Assembly (NCBI RefSeq): GCF_021028975.2
Contig: NC_059437.1
Coordinates: 33,914,001-33,978,000, forward strand
DNA length: 64,000 nt
Source of the DNA: Sphaerodactylus townsendi
Taxonomy: Eukaryota
Reading direction: 5' to 3'
Position numbers and translations under genes: made by a program. The notes beneath the pieces are model-generated. The model had not been told where the DNA came from. It ran no database searches and saw only the letters and a list, made by a program, of their open reading frames with translations. This document shows positions 49,725-62,573 of this stretch, piece by piece (within the stretch, counting starts at the first letter, position 1; the number at the start of each line of letters is the position of its first letter).

Positions 49725-51649
49725 ACAGCCCAGGAAGGGCAACTCCCTCTCAGTAAAGCTCTTGGTCTCCTTTGTGTTGCTTTCATTATGATAGGATAAC
49801 ATAGCCGCCTTCTGTCTCCCTGCTGCTCAAGATCGGTAATGCCTCTGTTTAGTTAGTACAACAGGATCCTTGTTCCTGAAGAAAGGGAGCAGGTTCTTCA
49901 AATTGTACAGGATTCAGTACATGTGGCTGCATGGGCTCAGACCAGGCTCAGTAGGCCGCTAGGTCAAGTGTCAACAGGAACCTTTTTTTCCCAGGCTTTT
50001 GGTAATTTCTCAGTGTTTGTTCCTGAAACAGATAATACCTACGAGGTTAGGGTGGGGGATGCACAAATTGTTGCTGGTTACACTGAGGCAAGCATTATTG
50101 GATACAGGAGTTTTTCCTGACTTTCCATTTGTGTTGAAAAGCACAGATTGTACCCCCTTGTTCTACCATCTCCTGCAGGTTGCGAGTGATCTTACATGAA
50201 CCTTTGATAGGGATAGCCCTTGTTCATTCATTTTTCCTTCTGCATAAGCTTTCATTGGATTGAGAAATCCAGAGTCATAGACTGAGGCTGAGAGCCAGGC
50301 GTAGCATGATTCTGCGAAGGCAGAACAGATTCTGCCGCCATAGAACTGTGCTGTGCCTGGGTCTGAACTACAACATAGTTAACAACCTGAGCCTCCAGGC
50401 TTCTCAACCCAATGAGAGCTCATCCCAGCTTCACTGTTGCCTTCTGTAAGGGAAACTCCAGTGGCGCAACCTGTGGACAAGAAGCAGAATTGGCCTCTGT
50501 GTGTGAGAGAGAGAGATGCTGCTGTTTGTCACTTGTGTGCTTTAATCGGGAAGAAATCACAGCCTAAGCATAGGAGGACAGTGTAGACACCTGGTAGAAC
50601 TCCATGTTGTTTTCATTTTGCCATTTGGGGTCTTTTAGGTCTGTCTCAGACTTTCCTAAATTGGTGTGCAACACTTGCTGATAGTTGTAGAAGTAGCTAC
50701 CGTGGAGTCTGCCTTATACAGCCTTTAGGGTTGCTTCATGCCTACTGCTCTTTCCCCACAAGGAGGCCTTAGAAAGGCAGCAAATGAGCTCCCTAATATG
50801 TCATTATTTCTTTGAGTTCTGTGCAATTTGAAAACTCCCATGTGCTACTGGCCCAGATAGATTCAAATAAAAGTATTATCTCTATGTGAATCTTCTAAAG
50901 GATCCCTTTGAGCAGTATGTGTTCTTCTCTAGGAACTATTAGGGTTAGCCATCCAGCAGTGGAATTCTGGCATTGGCAGAAGCCAGGAAAGAATATCCCG
51001 CCTGCACGCATGCATGTGGCCTCCACACCCTAAACTGATGGGAGTGACAGCCAGCTCTTAATTACTAAGGAAATGTGTTCCTTGGGGGAAGAGGGATGAG
51101 GTGGTGCAGGTCTATGTAAAGGAGCAAGCAAAGGCTGCTGGGGGAAATTCCACCCAGGAACAAGAGTGACTGAGCTCAGAAGAAGGGGCAGGAGGAGTAC
51201 ACAGAAGAACTTTGGAGGCTGGGAAATTGTGGGCAGGGGGCCAGAGTTCCCCTTCACTTCTTGGTTAGAGGTCCTCCACATCAAAACAGTACGTTTTCAA
51301 AAAAGCAACTATAGATTATTTTTAAATTAAAAAAAAATCCAAGAACAAGTTCTCTTCATTTCTCTGATGCTGGGTTGGGGTAAAGCTGTAAGTTTTGGCT
51401 AAAGCCCAGATAATTCAATGTCTAAAGTCAAATACAGGTTCTTTCTTGAAAGAAGACAGTTAATAATGGTACTTCAGAGGGAATTAAGAACCTATAATTA
51501 TTTTCCAAATGGGTTTTAAGATGTGGAACAGCTTTCATAATTACATTACTATCAGGGGCATCAAAGACATCATCTAGCTGCTGCTGCTGAGTTTTTGTGT
51601 AACATCAATCTAATTGGGACTGACCTGCTCTTAACAATTCTGAAGCCTC

Positions 51650-51950
51650 AGTAGTAGTAGTAGAAGAGTTTGGATTTCTATCCCCCTCTTTCTCTCCTGT
51701 AAGGAGACTCAAAGGGGTTTACAAACTCCTTTCCCTTCCCCACTCACAACCAACCCCCTGTGAGGTAGGTGAGACAGAGAGCTCAGAAGAACTGTGACTA
51801 GCCCAAGGTCACCCACCTGGCATGTGTTGGCGTGCAAAGGGTGATCTGAATTCCCCAGATAAGCCTCCACAGCTCAAGCAGCAGAGCAGGGAATCAAATC
51901 CGGTTCCTACTGATTAGAGTGCACCTGCTCTTAACCGCTACGCCACTGCT
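51650..51950 (-). mobile_element. Squam3-like tRNA SINE
   Basis: Same family as 9110-9696; head GGCGTAGCGGTTAAGAGCAG on the - strand, simple-repeat tail. Confidence 0.75.
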
Positions 51951-52091
51951 GCTTCAAATATAGCTTGCCATTTACAATCGGGGGCTGGGACTATTTTGAG
52001 TTCTTGTCACTTATTGCCAGTTGGTTTCCAGATTCAATTCAAGATGCTGATGCCTATTTTTAAACCCTGTCACAATCTCTGACCACAGTGA

Positions 52092-52238
52092 TTGTGTTGG
52101 CAAACCTTTGGCACTCCAGATGTTATGGACTACAATTCCCATCAGCCCCTGCCAGCATGGCCAATTGGCCATGCTGGCAGGGGCTGATGGGAATTGTAGT
52201 CCATAACATCTGGAGTGCCAAAGGTTTGCCATCAGTTG
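52092..52238. mobile_element. Palindromic hAT MITE, related subfamily
   Basis: Self-complementary around CATGGCCAATTGGCCATG with ACTACAATTCCC arms; ends degenerate. Confidence 0.8.
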
Positions 52239-54030
52239 TTGTTCCTCTACTTTGACTTTTAGAGGAGGTGAAGGAAGCTTCCCCCTTGCTTGCCTTCAGG
52301 ATGGCTGTAAAACTGAATTATTTAGAGGGCATTTAGTCTGAGCTAGTTCTCTGAGCGTAACTATTAGCCAAGAAGTCAGTTTTTGCCTGCTGTTTATTGT
52401 ACTCTTTATGTTTATTTGTTGCTTTTAAAAATGTTACTTGTCTTACGTTCCACCTGTGCTGGAAGAAAAGCAGACCTAGAAGTAGTGACCCTGCCCAGTA
52501 TACTTTTTCTATGTTTCATTGTGTGTCAGATCATTTACCTGTAAGTGAATGCAATAACTGGTGGGCAAGTTGGTATTGTTTTCTCTGCTAGTGGCTGCTA
52601 CCCTTAACATGCTGTTGCTAATGGACAAGCCTTATATTATGTATGCCCAGCAACCAATGTGTGGCAACAGGTAAGCAATCAGCAAAGAAAGGATTGGTAG
52701 TGTGGCCCAGGGAAAGAAGGTCTGTTTGGAGAACCTGTAACCTTCGTAAGAAAACTGTTCAAGATCCTGTTTCAGGAGCAACACTCACACACAGACAGTC
52801 ATCTGGTTACAACTGTGGAGTTTGTAGTATCAGTGCCCAGGGGAAGAGAACAAGCTCATTACAACTGAGAAGGCCACAGTTGTCACTCATTCCCTATGCC
52901 GGCAGCCTTTCCCCAGGAACACTCTGGCCCACTTGTGCGGTGCCATCCTGGTCACTGGGCTGGGTCAAGTTGCACAGTGGAGAATGTGAAAGCCCTTGCA
53001 GAGAATTCATTACTTTCCCATAAATCCCACTCCTAACAATATTTCCCCCTGGCCGTTTCCATGTCCTCAGTGCTCTCTGTTTCTTTCTCTACTACCTATA
53101 TACCTTTTATTCATCTCCCATCTCTACCTGTATTTATTTACTTTATTTATATCCTTATTATTATTTATTATTATTATTTATTCGATTTATTAGACCGCCC
53201 TACCCCTGAAGGGCTCAGGGCGGTTTACAGGCAACCAAATGCAACTAAAACAATCGAATAATCCCAATTAAAACAATACAATAAAACAGTAGCAGTAAAA
53301 ACCTTTCCATAATAAATAAATAAATTAAATAAGGTAGATGACGTCTGGTAAAACCCCGGGAGGGGACTGGCAGATTTTCAAATAAGCCGATGACATATAG
53401 GGCAACAGAGAGGGCAAATGAGGAAAGGAAATATTTCATATCATTCTCCCCTTCCCCATTTTATCCTCATAAAACCCCACAAAGTAGGTTTGGCTGAGTG
53501 TGTGTTATAAGCCCAATTCTGCAGTAGTGGGGTTTGAATTGGGTCTAATGCAAGAATGTTAATCTTTGAATCAAAATGGTTGAATGTCCTAGCGAGGTGC
53601 AAATACGGGAAGTGTTGAGAAGGGATCCAGCATTTTGCCACTGAATGACAAAAGTGAATATTTCCAAATATTTCAGGATACCAAGTTACTAGGCTGACAT
53701 CTAGGCAGGGTATTTATTTGGCTGGAAATTATGAACAAATTATGAAATTATGAACAAATACTCCCTGAGCACTGATCCCACCTGAAAGCCAACTAATCCA
53801 AACTATACCCAGTTCTGTTCAACAATACATTATACCCAGTTCTGTTGCTTGTCTGTCCTAACTTCTAGCAAGCATGGGCCTTCATCTTCCACACCTCTCC
53901 TGTAAAAGCTTTTGTTCTTTGCTTTCATTTTTTAAAGGCATAGCTGGCCTGCTACTGTTCCAGCCCCTGCCCCACCCCTTGGAGAACATCTGGCACTAGC
54001 TGGGTTGGCTCCCAGTTTTGCAACTCTCTG

Positions 54031-54093
54031 TATATAAAAGTTTCAGTTATTCTCGGCAACACTTCCTGCCGAAGCGGATCAGGGCAAAAGTCA
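54031..54093 (+). promoter_or_regulatory. TATA box and DR1-like element of GST-theta copy 2
   Basis: TATATAAAAG at 54031-54040, about 100 bp before the ATG; AGGGCA-A-AAGTCA at 54081-54093. Confidence 0.6.
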
Positions 54094-54134
54094 ATAGAGC
54101 TACTTGATACATTCTGTGCCCAGCTGATACCAGC

Positions 54135-57100
54135 ATGGCGCTGGAGCTCTACCTGGACCTGCTCTCCCAGCCCTGTCGAGCCATCTACATCTTTGCCAAG
54201 AAGAACAACATTCCCTTTGAGTTCAAGGACGTGGAGGTGTTCAGAGGTAAGGAGAGACAAAACTCAGCGGGAGGGAGAGAGGGAGGAAGCTGGGGTCATA
54301 TCACAGCTTCTCATTTCTTTTCTGGAGAAATTCTGCCTGTGAAATATGAGCAGTCTCAACGAAATGAAGGGTTTTATTGCATGTTTTGGGATGAAGGAAC
54401 TGTACTCGACAACAGTGATCGTCATGCGGGAGTTCAATTGTGCCTTAAAGACTAACACAGTTCATTTCAGTGTGAGCTTTGATGAATCAGAGTTCACTTC
54501 CTCAGATTCTTAGAAACATACATGCATCAGGCTGGGTTAAAAATCAGAAAGAGGAATGAGGGAAATGTTACAAAGAGGCGGGTATGAAACAAGATCCGGT
54601 CAAGACAACTCAGTAAAAACAAGAATTGGTTTGGCTAAGATAGGTGTGAGACTCGTTCAACCAGCAACAGCAAAGAATAAACATCACAACCAAGGCTGGA
54701 AACAATGAAATAGAGGAAGAAATTAACAACTGCAAGGGATCAGCTAAGAATGCAAGCTATTGGCACCTATAGTGAGTTAGGAATCCCAGGTCTCTGTTAA
54801 GTCTGGGATGATGGGACATTGCCTGGAATTTGTTTATTTCCATCCACGCACCCACATAGGATCCTGCCTCTCAATGTATTTTGAAGGAGAACAATCACTT
54901 TTAAATCACGCACAGTTTTTCCAGGGAGGCTAACATCGTGGTCCCTTTGGAATTATTTACCAGTAATTATTGGCTCTGAAATAATGAATGAATGAATCCT
55001 TAACAAAAGATGTGATATTGTGTACACTCCCACTGTTACCTGGCTTGGTAATAACCTAGCAAAACTGCCAAGAAGACTCTGCAGAAAAAATCAATGGCAA
55101 ATCAACTCTGCTTCTTGCTTACCTTGAAAGCCCCTCTATAGGGGTGTCATAAGTTGGCTGCAGCCTGACAGCAAAAGCCATCTTCCCCCGGCTGCCCAAG
55201 TCAGATAACAAGAACTACTAAGGCAGATGTTCATCTTGGGACCAAGTTACTGATGAGTAGAAGTCTGGAGAATCTCACTCCTCCACATAAAGCCTACTGA
55301 GTGACCTCGGGCTCATCACAGTTTTCTCAGAATTCACGCAGTCCACCCAGAGGCAGGCAATGGCAAACCATCTCTAAATGTCTCTAGTCTTGAAAACCTT
55401 ATGATTTGCCATAAGTAACTTGACAGTTCAGTCCACACAGCTGTGTTTGTGTGGACTGTCAAGTTACTTATGGCAAACCATAGGGTTTTTCAAGAGACCA
55501 ACAAGATTTTGCAGTTATGAGCTTTTAAGAGTCAAAACTTCCTTCATGAGAAATCAAGGGAAGTTTTGACTCAAATTTATACCGTGAAATTCTTGTTGGC
55601 CTCTAAGGTGCTACTGGACTCCAGTCTAGCTGTTTTACTGCATACCAACATAGCTGCCTCTGAAACTGGAGATAGGGGCCACTTTCTTGTTTCCTGAAAC
55701 TATGAGCTCTCAGCCAGTGGACCTGCTACTCAGCAACTGGTGAATGTACAGTTGTGATCCCTGGGGATATGTTGGTTACACAATATGTTTGCTGGCTCTG
55801 GCAGACAGGGCCTTGAAGCTTGAACAATACGCAATCTTCAGCTCAGTTTTGCGTAGTAGGAAGGGGTGTTTCTCTTTAGAAAATGTAGTAAGGAGAGCAC
55901 ATGCCCCTCACATTATGTCTAATTGCCTTTATATTGCCAGATTCCATCCTGGGAATGAAAGCACCAAGTGAAACAAGCCCAGGATCAGTACAGCCAGGTA
56001 AACTGCTTTTCCATGATATAAAAGAATAATGGCAGACCCAAGGGCTGGCCCAGCAATACAGGCAAGGCAGATGTCTAGGCAACAAAACTCAAAAGGGCCT
56101 TCCTACATCAGAATCACCAGGCACCAGCCCCTCCTTTCGTGCTGCTTCCAAACTGATCTCCTGGCAATTGCTTCCTGGGAAAGTTGAGGAGGAGATGTCC
56201 TTCAACATTTTATTGGTTTTGTTTGTATGGTTAGTTTCTCCATCTTGCGTACCTGTCCTTACTACCTCTCTGATGCTTCCAGGTGAATACAGCGACAACC
56301 CTTTTAACATTTTCCTAGGAATAAGTCCCACTGAATGAAATACGATTTCCTTCTGTATAGACCTGCTTAAGATTGCTCCCTGTGACTCCTGCAGTGTTTG
56401 TGTACCAGTGCAGCACTGACACACCACTAAGTGGAAAAGCCTGCAGGTTGCCACATTGCTCCAAAGCCAATCCAAACCCAAAGGACACATCATACCTTCC
56501 ATTAGGACCAACCAAAATGTCACAAAACTGTATGCAAGCTTTTGAGTACTTCAGAACTTTTCTCCAGAAGTGGCTAATAAGTACCACTGGAAAATGAACC
56601 AACATTGAAGGATACTTTTTGTCACTGACATTACCAGATATAAATAGAAAAGAAGCAGAAATTGGGTAAGGGTGTATGTATTTTGTTATAGATAAATGTT
56701 AGTCATAATTCAATATGTGCTCTGTGTCACCAATACTACTACTACTAACTTTCAGATAATTTGTGAGAATGAATGCACAAACTGCAGGAGACAGCCAGAG
56801 GCAGCAATTTTCGCTTCTGACCCTGGCGGAGTGAAACAGCCAAGAAAGAATTTCCCGTAGGAACAAGCTTCCAGATAAATGGTTCAACCTCCAATGTTGA
56901 ACAAGTGAGATTGTGACCCCCAGGTCTATGAGGCCCGGGAAAAGATACACATGTTGATCATGTCTTGACCTGTGCAGATGGAACATTCAGAGTATCTGAA
57001 AAGGTTTAGACAGTGTGACGCTTGCGCACATTTGCATGAGTTTGTTAAAAACCACTAAACATCTTACTCAGTTCATGCTGGCATGGGACACATCAGGAAA

Positions 57101-60100
57101 AGCTTCTCTGTAGGAATTTGTAAGTGTGCAAAGGGGCCTAAAGAATGCAATTCACCAACCACAGTCTTGTGAAATTAAAGAAGGATTTTTCTGGAGCAGC
57201 AGTTGCTGGTCTGCATATTTAATATTCTGAGGGGTACTGGGCCTTGGAATGAGAAAGGAGAGAAGTCCCATCACCTCACAGCTAAAGACAGACCCTTACT
57301 AAACCGCATTCCACAGTTTCCTTAGGATACACCAAGCTGCGATGGTTAGTTTTATAACAGCAGTTAAGCACTAGAATATTAAACACATTTGTGATGTCAA
57401 GTGGTGTGTGAGGAACTGTTTGCACAAACAAGGTCCAGTAAGTCATTGAGTCTGCTGCGTTGAGGCCTGCTGCCTCTCTCGAAGGGGTTGCCCCCAGGTA
57501 GCCCAAAGTACACTTTCTCCCCTGATAAGAGGAGTTCCTGGGCCTGTAATTTTTAATCAGAATTCCACCCCACCCCCCTTCTTGTGCTTATTTTTCTGTT
57601 TGCAATGTAAACATGCCCTTGTTGAATCCAATCCAAAGGGCAACTGATGTTGTGAGGATCCTATTCCGCACACAAGGCCTATGCACACAAGAAATTGTTG
57701 AAGCCCTGATGGAAGTTGCTTTTTGCTGCAGAGATGAGATTGGCTCCTGATTTCCCCACGTGAAAGACTGGAGATAAGACATCTCGCCTTTGAACATTGC
57801 CTTTTGGGCCATGCCTCTTGCCAGACCATGCTTGGGAAAGCTGTGAGCTTCTCTTTTAGAACAATCTCTGCCTGTTCCTCTATTGCAGGGATTGCAGTGG
57901 TGGGATTCAGCAGGTTCGCACCACTTTGGCAGAGCCAGTTGTTAAAATGGTGCTTGTAAACAACCAATTGTTAAATTATTTGAATCACACCACCAGAACT
58001 GGTTGTTAAATTATTTGACTCCCACCACTGAGGGATTCGTCCCTGGGATGTCTATCTAACTACCCACCTTGGGAAGAAAAACGTTGCATTATATCTAGCT
58101 CTGTCCCAGAGTAATCATCCTTACCTTGTACATAGAAAACCATTTGCCCTGTTTATTTCCAGTGCAGAATCCAGGTCTTTCTTACGTTTCAGAGCTGGAC
58201 AGATTGCCAAAGCCACTAGGTATGCAGAAAGATGTTTAGAAAAGTACAACTGTTTAACTAGGGAGGCCCTGAGAAATATTCCAAGTGTGTGCGCACATGC
58301 AGGTGTGCATGTCTTGCCTGTACTCTGACTCTAGGCTGCAATTTTTCTTTCTTTGCTTTAGAGCAGTTGCGCAAGATGAATGTAGTGAAAAAAGTTCCTG
58401 TCTTGAAGGATGAGGCCTTTTGCTTGTCAGAAGGGTAAGGAGCAATAAAGCAGGACTTTTTTGCCCAATAATCTTATCTTTTGCTAGGCTACTTCCCATG
58501 GCAGATTTTCTCTGCCCTAGCGTCTCAAACTGGTACAGATATTTTGAAACACTCATATGATGCGGTCATTTTCCCATAGTTCTCCTTCTGGTTTTCCCTA
58601 GTTTACCTCAGTGATTTCCAAACCTGTTTTTCTCAGACCTTACCAGAGACATCAGATTCACAGCAGGTTTGCCCACAGCATAGATGGGAAGGAGAATGTT
58701 TATCAAACTCTCCACATACATCTAGCTCTGTTTTCTTTGTGTCCCCTTGCATTTGCAAGGCCTCCCAACCATCACCCATAGGCTTGTTGGCTTAAAAAAC
58801 AAACCAACCAGGAATGGGGATACTAGTGTAGCTTGATGACCCTGTGGTGTTATACCTACTAACCCTTTAAAAAAAACTAGTGATGAGTGCACACCAACAA
58901 ATCATCTTGGTATGGAAGTAGCCTTGAGAATGCAATGTTGGGACAGGTAGTGTTCACTATTTGTAGTGAGCCAGTTTGAAGTCTAGGGCAAGATGGGATA
59001 TATAAATGTGCAGAGAACCCCTCTCCCAGTACCTCCATTCTTGAGTTTTGGCAAGGCAGTCTCTAGGAGAGGGAGGGTATTCCACAGTTGTGGGGTAGGT
59101 ACCAAGACCATTACTCTCTGATGTCATGATACAAATCATCCAGACTCAAAATGGTGTCATTCTGGTGTTCAGGACTACAACAAAGTAGAGGGAAAGTGGT
59201 AAGGCAGTTGAGCTACATGTCTGTAATTGCTTTGGTCTTCTTCAACATGCAAGCAAGCCTTTATTCGGGGGAGGGGGGGGTTGGCTTTAACTGAGCAAGT
59301 TTCCCATTTAATTGGGCAGCTGACTCCATTGTTTCAGAGACAAATGCTAGCTATAATCTTGTTTCTCTTTTCTCTGGCTCTCTGCCTTCCATTACTGTCT
59401 TGGTAGCATTGCAATCCTTCTGTATCTGAGCCGCAAGTACAACACCCCAGACCACTGGTATCCATCTGATATACGGAAACGAGCAAAGGTGGATGAATAT
59501 CTCTCGTGGCACCAGACAAATATCCGGTCCAATGCTCCCAAGACAATGTGGATCAAGGTGAGGGATCTGAAAAGTGCCGAATGTTTGGTGAGCTTTTGGA
59601 GACTCCCTGTGCCCTCTACTGCTTGGCCCAGAGCCTTGATAGTACAGTCAGGATAGTACAGGATAAGATGAAGACCCTTTCCCATTCTGTATTTCTTGAT
59701 TTTACTGACTTAATTCCTAAGATTTATTAGAATTGACTTGAATTATCCTCAGGAATTGTAGTTATCCATCCCCCTCCTGGGTATGTTCTGCTGTGCCCCT
59801 CCTCACAACAACACTACTCTCCTCCTTTCTATACTTGGTCAGTGTTGTCACCAAATTGCCAAGTAGTCCTGTCTGGGTCTCTCATTCAGCTTCTGAAGGA
59901 TCTCTGCCTACTTTTTTCACACAGTGTGAGCCTCTGGGCAGCCATCTCAGTATGGAACTTCATATTATCACCTCAGTTCTTAGCTTTATTGCCTACCGTT
60001 TTCTAGGAGTGCTCCCTCCGGTTGTCCCTTTTCTTTTTCCAGATGGAGCGTGTAAATTAAATGCCTTACAAGTGATGCTTCCTATGCGCTGCCCCTACTA

Positions 60101-61169
60101 TTCATAGGGGCCTTACAAAGATAAGAGGGGGAGCTCATGTCTGAAAACTGTCCATCTCACCCAGGTGTTGATACCTCTCTTCACTGGCCAACCACTTTCC
60201 TCTGATAAGCTGCAAGAGGTCATGGAGGGGCTGGCAACCTCCCTGAAGCAGCTGGAAGACTTATTCCTTCAGGACAAACCTTTCCTTGTGGGCAATGAGA
60301 TCTCTCTTGCAGACCTGATGGCCATTGTAGAGCTCATGCAGGTAAGGCCTGGCTGATAAAAAAAAATTCAGGCACAAGCAATGCCATTTCTTCAGGCACT
60401 TGGGTCCTTGCTTTCTTTCACCCCCAGTTGATGACATCTTCCAGGCTGAGCTCAAGTGTGGAATGTTTGCCTAAGGGTAACCAGTGGGTTTTCAAATGAT
60501 AGAAGCTATAAACACAGTATACAATGAACCCTACGCAGTGGACAGCTGCACAGCAGAAAGGCAATGGTCCAAAGTGACCCAAGTAGATGTGCAAAACCAA
60601 GGTCAAGCATGGTATATAGGACAGCAAATTATATCCTGAACTTCATATGCCTGCTTTGACTCTTCACTCCTAATTCTAGAAAGACTTGATTTGCCCTTCT
60701 GAGCTTTACTCTCTCATGCCAAGGTCCTGCACTACATCCCTGTTCCAAAATGCAGCATAGGCATTACCTCAACCATGATATGGTACCAAGATAGCACCAG
60801 AGTGAGTGAGCCTGACTACAATATTAGTGGGAGTTGCTGCTTGCAGGGACACGGAGCCTGGCTAGAGACATAGTAAAGGAGTAGCCTTCCAAAGATCCGA
60901 GGCTGTTGCCAGGGTCATTCACGCAGTGTATTTGTGCTGCTCTTGCCACATCTGTCCTATATCTGCAGCCTGTTGGAGTTGGATGCAACATCTTTGAGGA
61001 CAGACCCAAGCTAGCAGCATGGCGCAAAAGGGTGGAAGAAGCAATTGGAAAGGAGATCTTCCTCCAAGCACACAAGCTGATCCTGAACATTCAAGAACTG
61101 AGCAAGATACAGATCAATCCACAGCTGAAGGAGCAGCTGGGTCCTGTGCTGCTGAAGATGCTGAAATGA
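54135..61169 (+). CDS. GSTT1: Glutathione S-transferase theta, copy 2 (long-insert type; about 265 aa with both extra exons)
   Basis: Exons 54135-54246 (112), 55941-55997 (57, extra), 58193-58219 (27, putative microexon), 58362-58434 (73), 59407-59557 (151), 60165-60341 (177), 60969-61169 (201). The frame is open with or without the extra exons. The C-terminal half closely matches my recollection of chicken GSTT1; the symbol reflects that and does not imply proven orthology to human GSTT1. Confidence 0.9.
54465..54935 (-). mobile_element. Penelope-like element 3' remnant (GIY-YIG C-terminus plus decayed hammerhead motif)
   Basis: The - strand translates ..[14 protein letters not shown] at about 54762-54803. 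CTGAGGAAGTGAACTCTGATTCATCAAAGC lies at about 54476-54505 on the - strand. Confidence 0.6.
55388..55497. repeat. Hairpin formed by tail-to-tail Sauria-SINE-like 3' ends
   Basis: TCTTGAAAACCTTATGATTTGCCATAAGTAACTTGACAG vs CTGTCAAGTTACTTATGGCAAACCATAGGGTTTTTCAAGA. Confidence 0.75.
57895..58030. mobile_element. Short hAT MITE (CAGTGGTGGGA TIR family)
   Basis: TIRs CAGTGGTGGGA / TCCCACCACTG; TSD AGGGATTG vs AGGGATTC (7/8 match). Confidence 0.8.
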
Positions 61170-61174
61170 ATAAA
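61169..61174 (+). terminator. AATAAA overlapping the stop codon of GST-theta copy 2 (a distal AATAAA lies at 61422-61427)
   Basis: ...CTG AAA TGA ATAAAA GTGTTT; GT-rich sequence about 25-45 nt downstream. Confidence 0.5.
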
Positions 61175-62479
61175 AGTGTTTCACAGGGAACAGGTACCGT
61201 GGAGTAGTTGTGTCTGCCCAGGTTTTCTTGTACATAGGATCTGTCTATCTCCCTAAGAGGCTGGCAATGCATTCAGTGCATCATGCTCATCTGACATTAG
61301 CCTTGCTGCCAAGATTTCACAACATCCTTTTCATAACATCAACCATGAAAACTAAAACTTCACCCACCCACCCCCTAAAAATCCTTCTTTCTTTGCTTTC
61401 TACACTCTGTTTTATTTCCAAAATAAACCATATTGAAAGCACTGTAAGTATCTTGCAGGCTGCTCTATTTATTCCCTCCTCTATGCTTTGCTAGAGATAT
61501 GGCAGTCAGCACTGAATGAACACATGCTGATTCCAGATGAGTATCCATGTTCATTTACCACAGCAGCTCACAAAACATTATGCTGAGCAAATAAAACTGA
61601 CCATGTTACTGATTCCCCCATAGGTGGGTGCAGTTCTAGACAGCAGGGGCAACCTGCCTTGTGACCCTTCCTGCTAAATTCAATCCTTTTGTTTCTAGTG
61701 GAGACAAAATACAAAATCTCATCTGCAGTGACAAGATATCCCTGAATGAACATTACGAACTGCCTTCTGATCAATCAAACTATGCAGTCTAGCATCGTAC
61801 TGCTTACACCAACTGGCAGCAACTCACGGTGGGCATGAGGACACAACTAGTAAGCAATAAAGCAGCCAGTAATATGTCACAAGTGTAAGCAGCCCTTGGA
61901 TGCTTTGACCAGTTTTTCTGCACAATCTCTTCTGATTCCACTCCTCACTGTAACCACGATTCCATGAGACTTTTCCCCATCAAGTCCAAATCCAAATCAT
62001 AATATTTGGGGGGGAGGAGTCTCTATTCATCAGTGGATACAGTCCTTTGAGGCTGTATATACTTGGCTGCCAACATACATGACAAAAATAACAGCTGACT
62101 CCCTCAGATTATGGTGCTGGCAGCCATGAATCCTGTCACAAAGCGAGAAAGCATTGGTGAAATGATGGCCTTCATTGGACCAATTGGTAGTTTAAAGTGG
62201 CCAAGCATTTGATTTTCAAATAAATCCTTCGTCAGATAACTGACATATGCTACTTTAACCTTTTACTTTGTGAATCCTAAAGGTATGACATATATTTTTA
62301 ATAAAGAGGAGATCTAGCTATCAGCCAAGCCAATTCTTGTCTTCACAAGAGGTAGGGTTGCCAATTCCAGCTTGAGAACTTCCTGGGGATAGGTGCAGTC
62401 TGGGGAAGTAGGTGCAATCTGGGGAAGGTGCAGTTTGGGGAGGGAGCTCAGAAGGGATGTCCTCTGCAGTTGCCAGTTC

Positions 62480-62573
62480 CAGGGGTCTGCAACCTGTGGC
62501 TCTCCATGCTGGCAGGGGCTGATGGGAATTGTAGTCCATGAACATCTGGAGAGCCACAGGTTGCAGACCCCTG
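62480..62573. mobile_element. Internally deleted palindromic hAT MITE
   Basis: CAGGGGTCTGCAACCTGTGGCTCTCCA / TGGAGAGCCACAGGTTGCAGACCCCTG; the interior of the left arm is missing. Confidence 0.75.

Noticed and set aside
54135-61169. Possibility that GST-theta copy 2 is a pseudogene because the canonical exon 2 seems missing
   Set aside because: A 73-nt in-phase exon exists at 58362-58434, and every exon has intact splice sites and an open frame.
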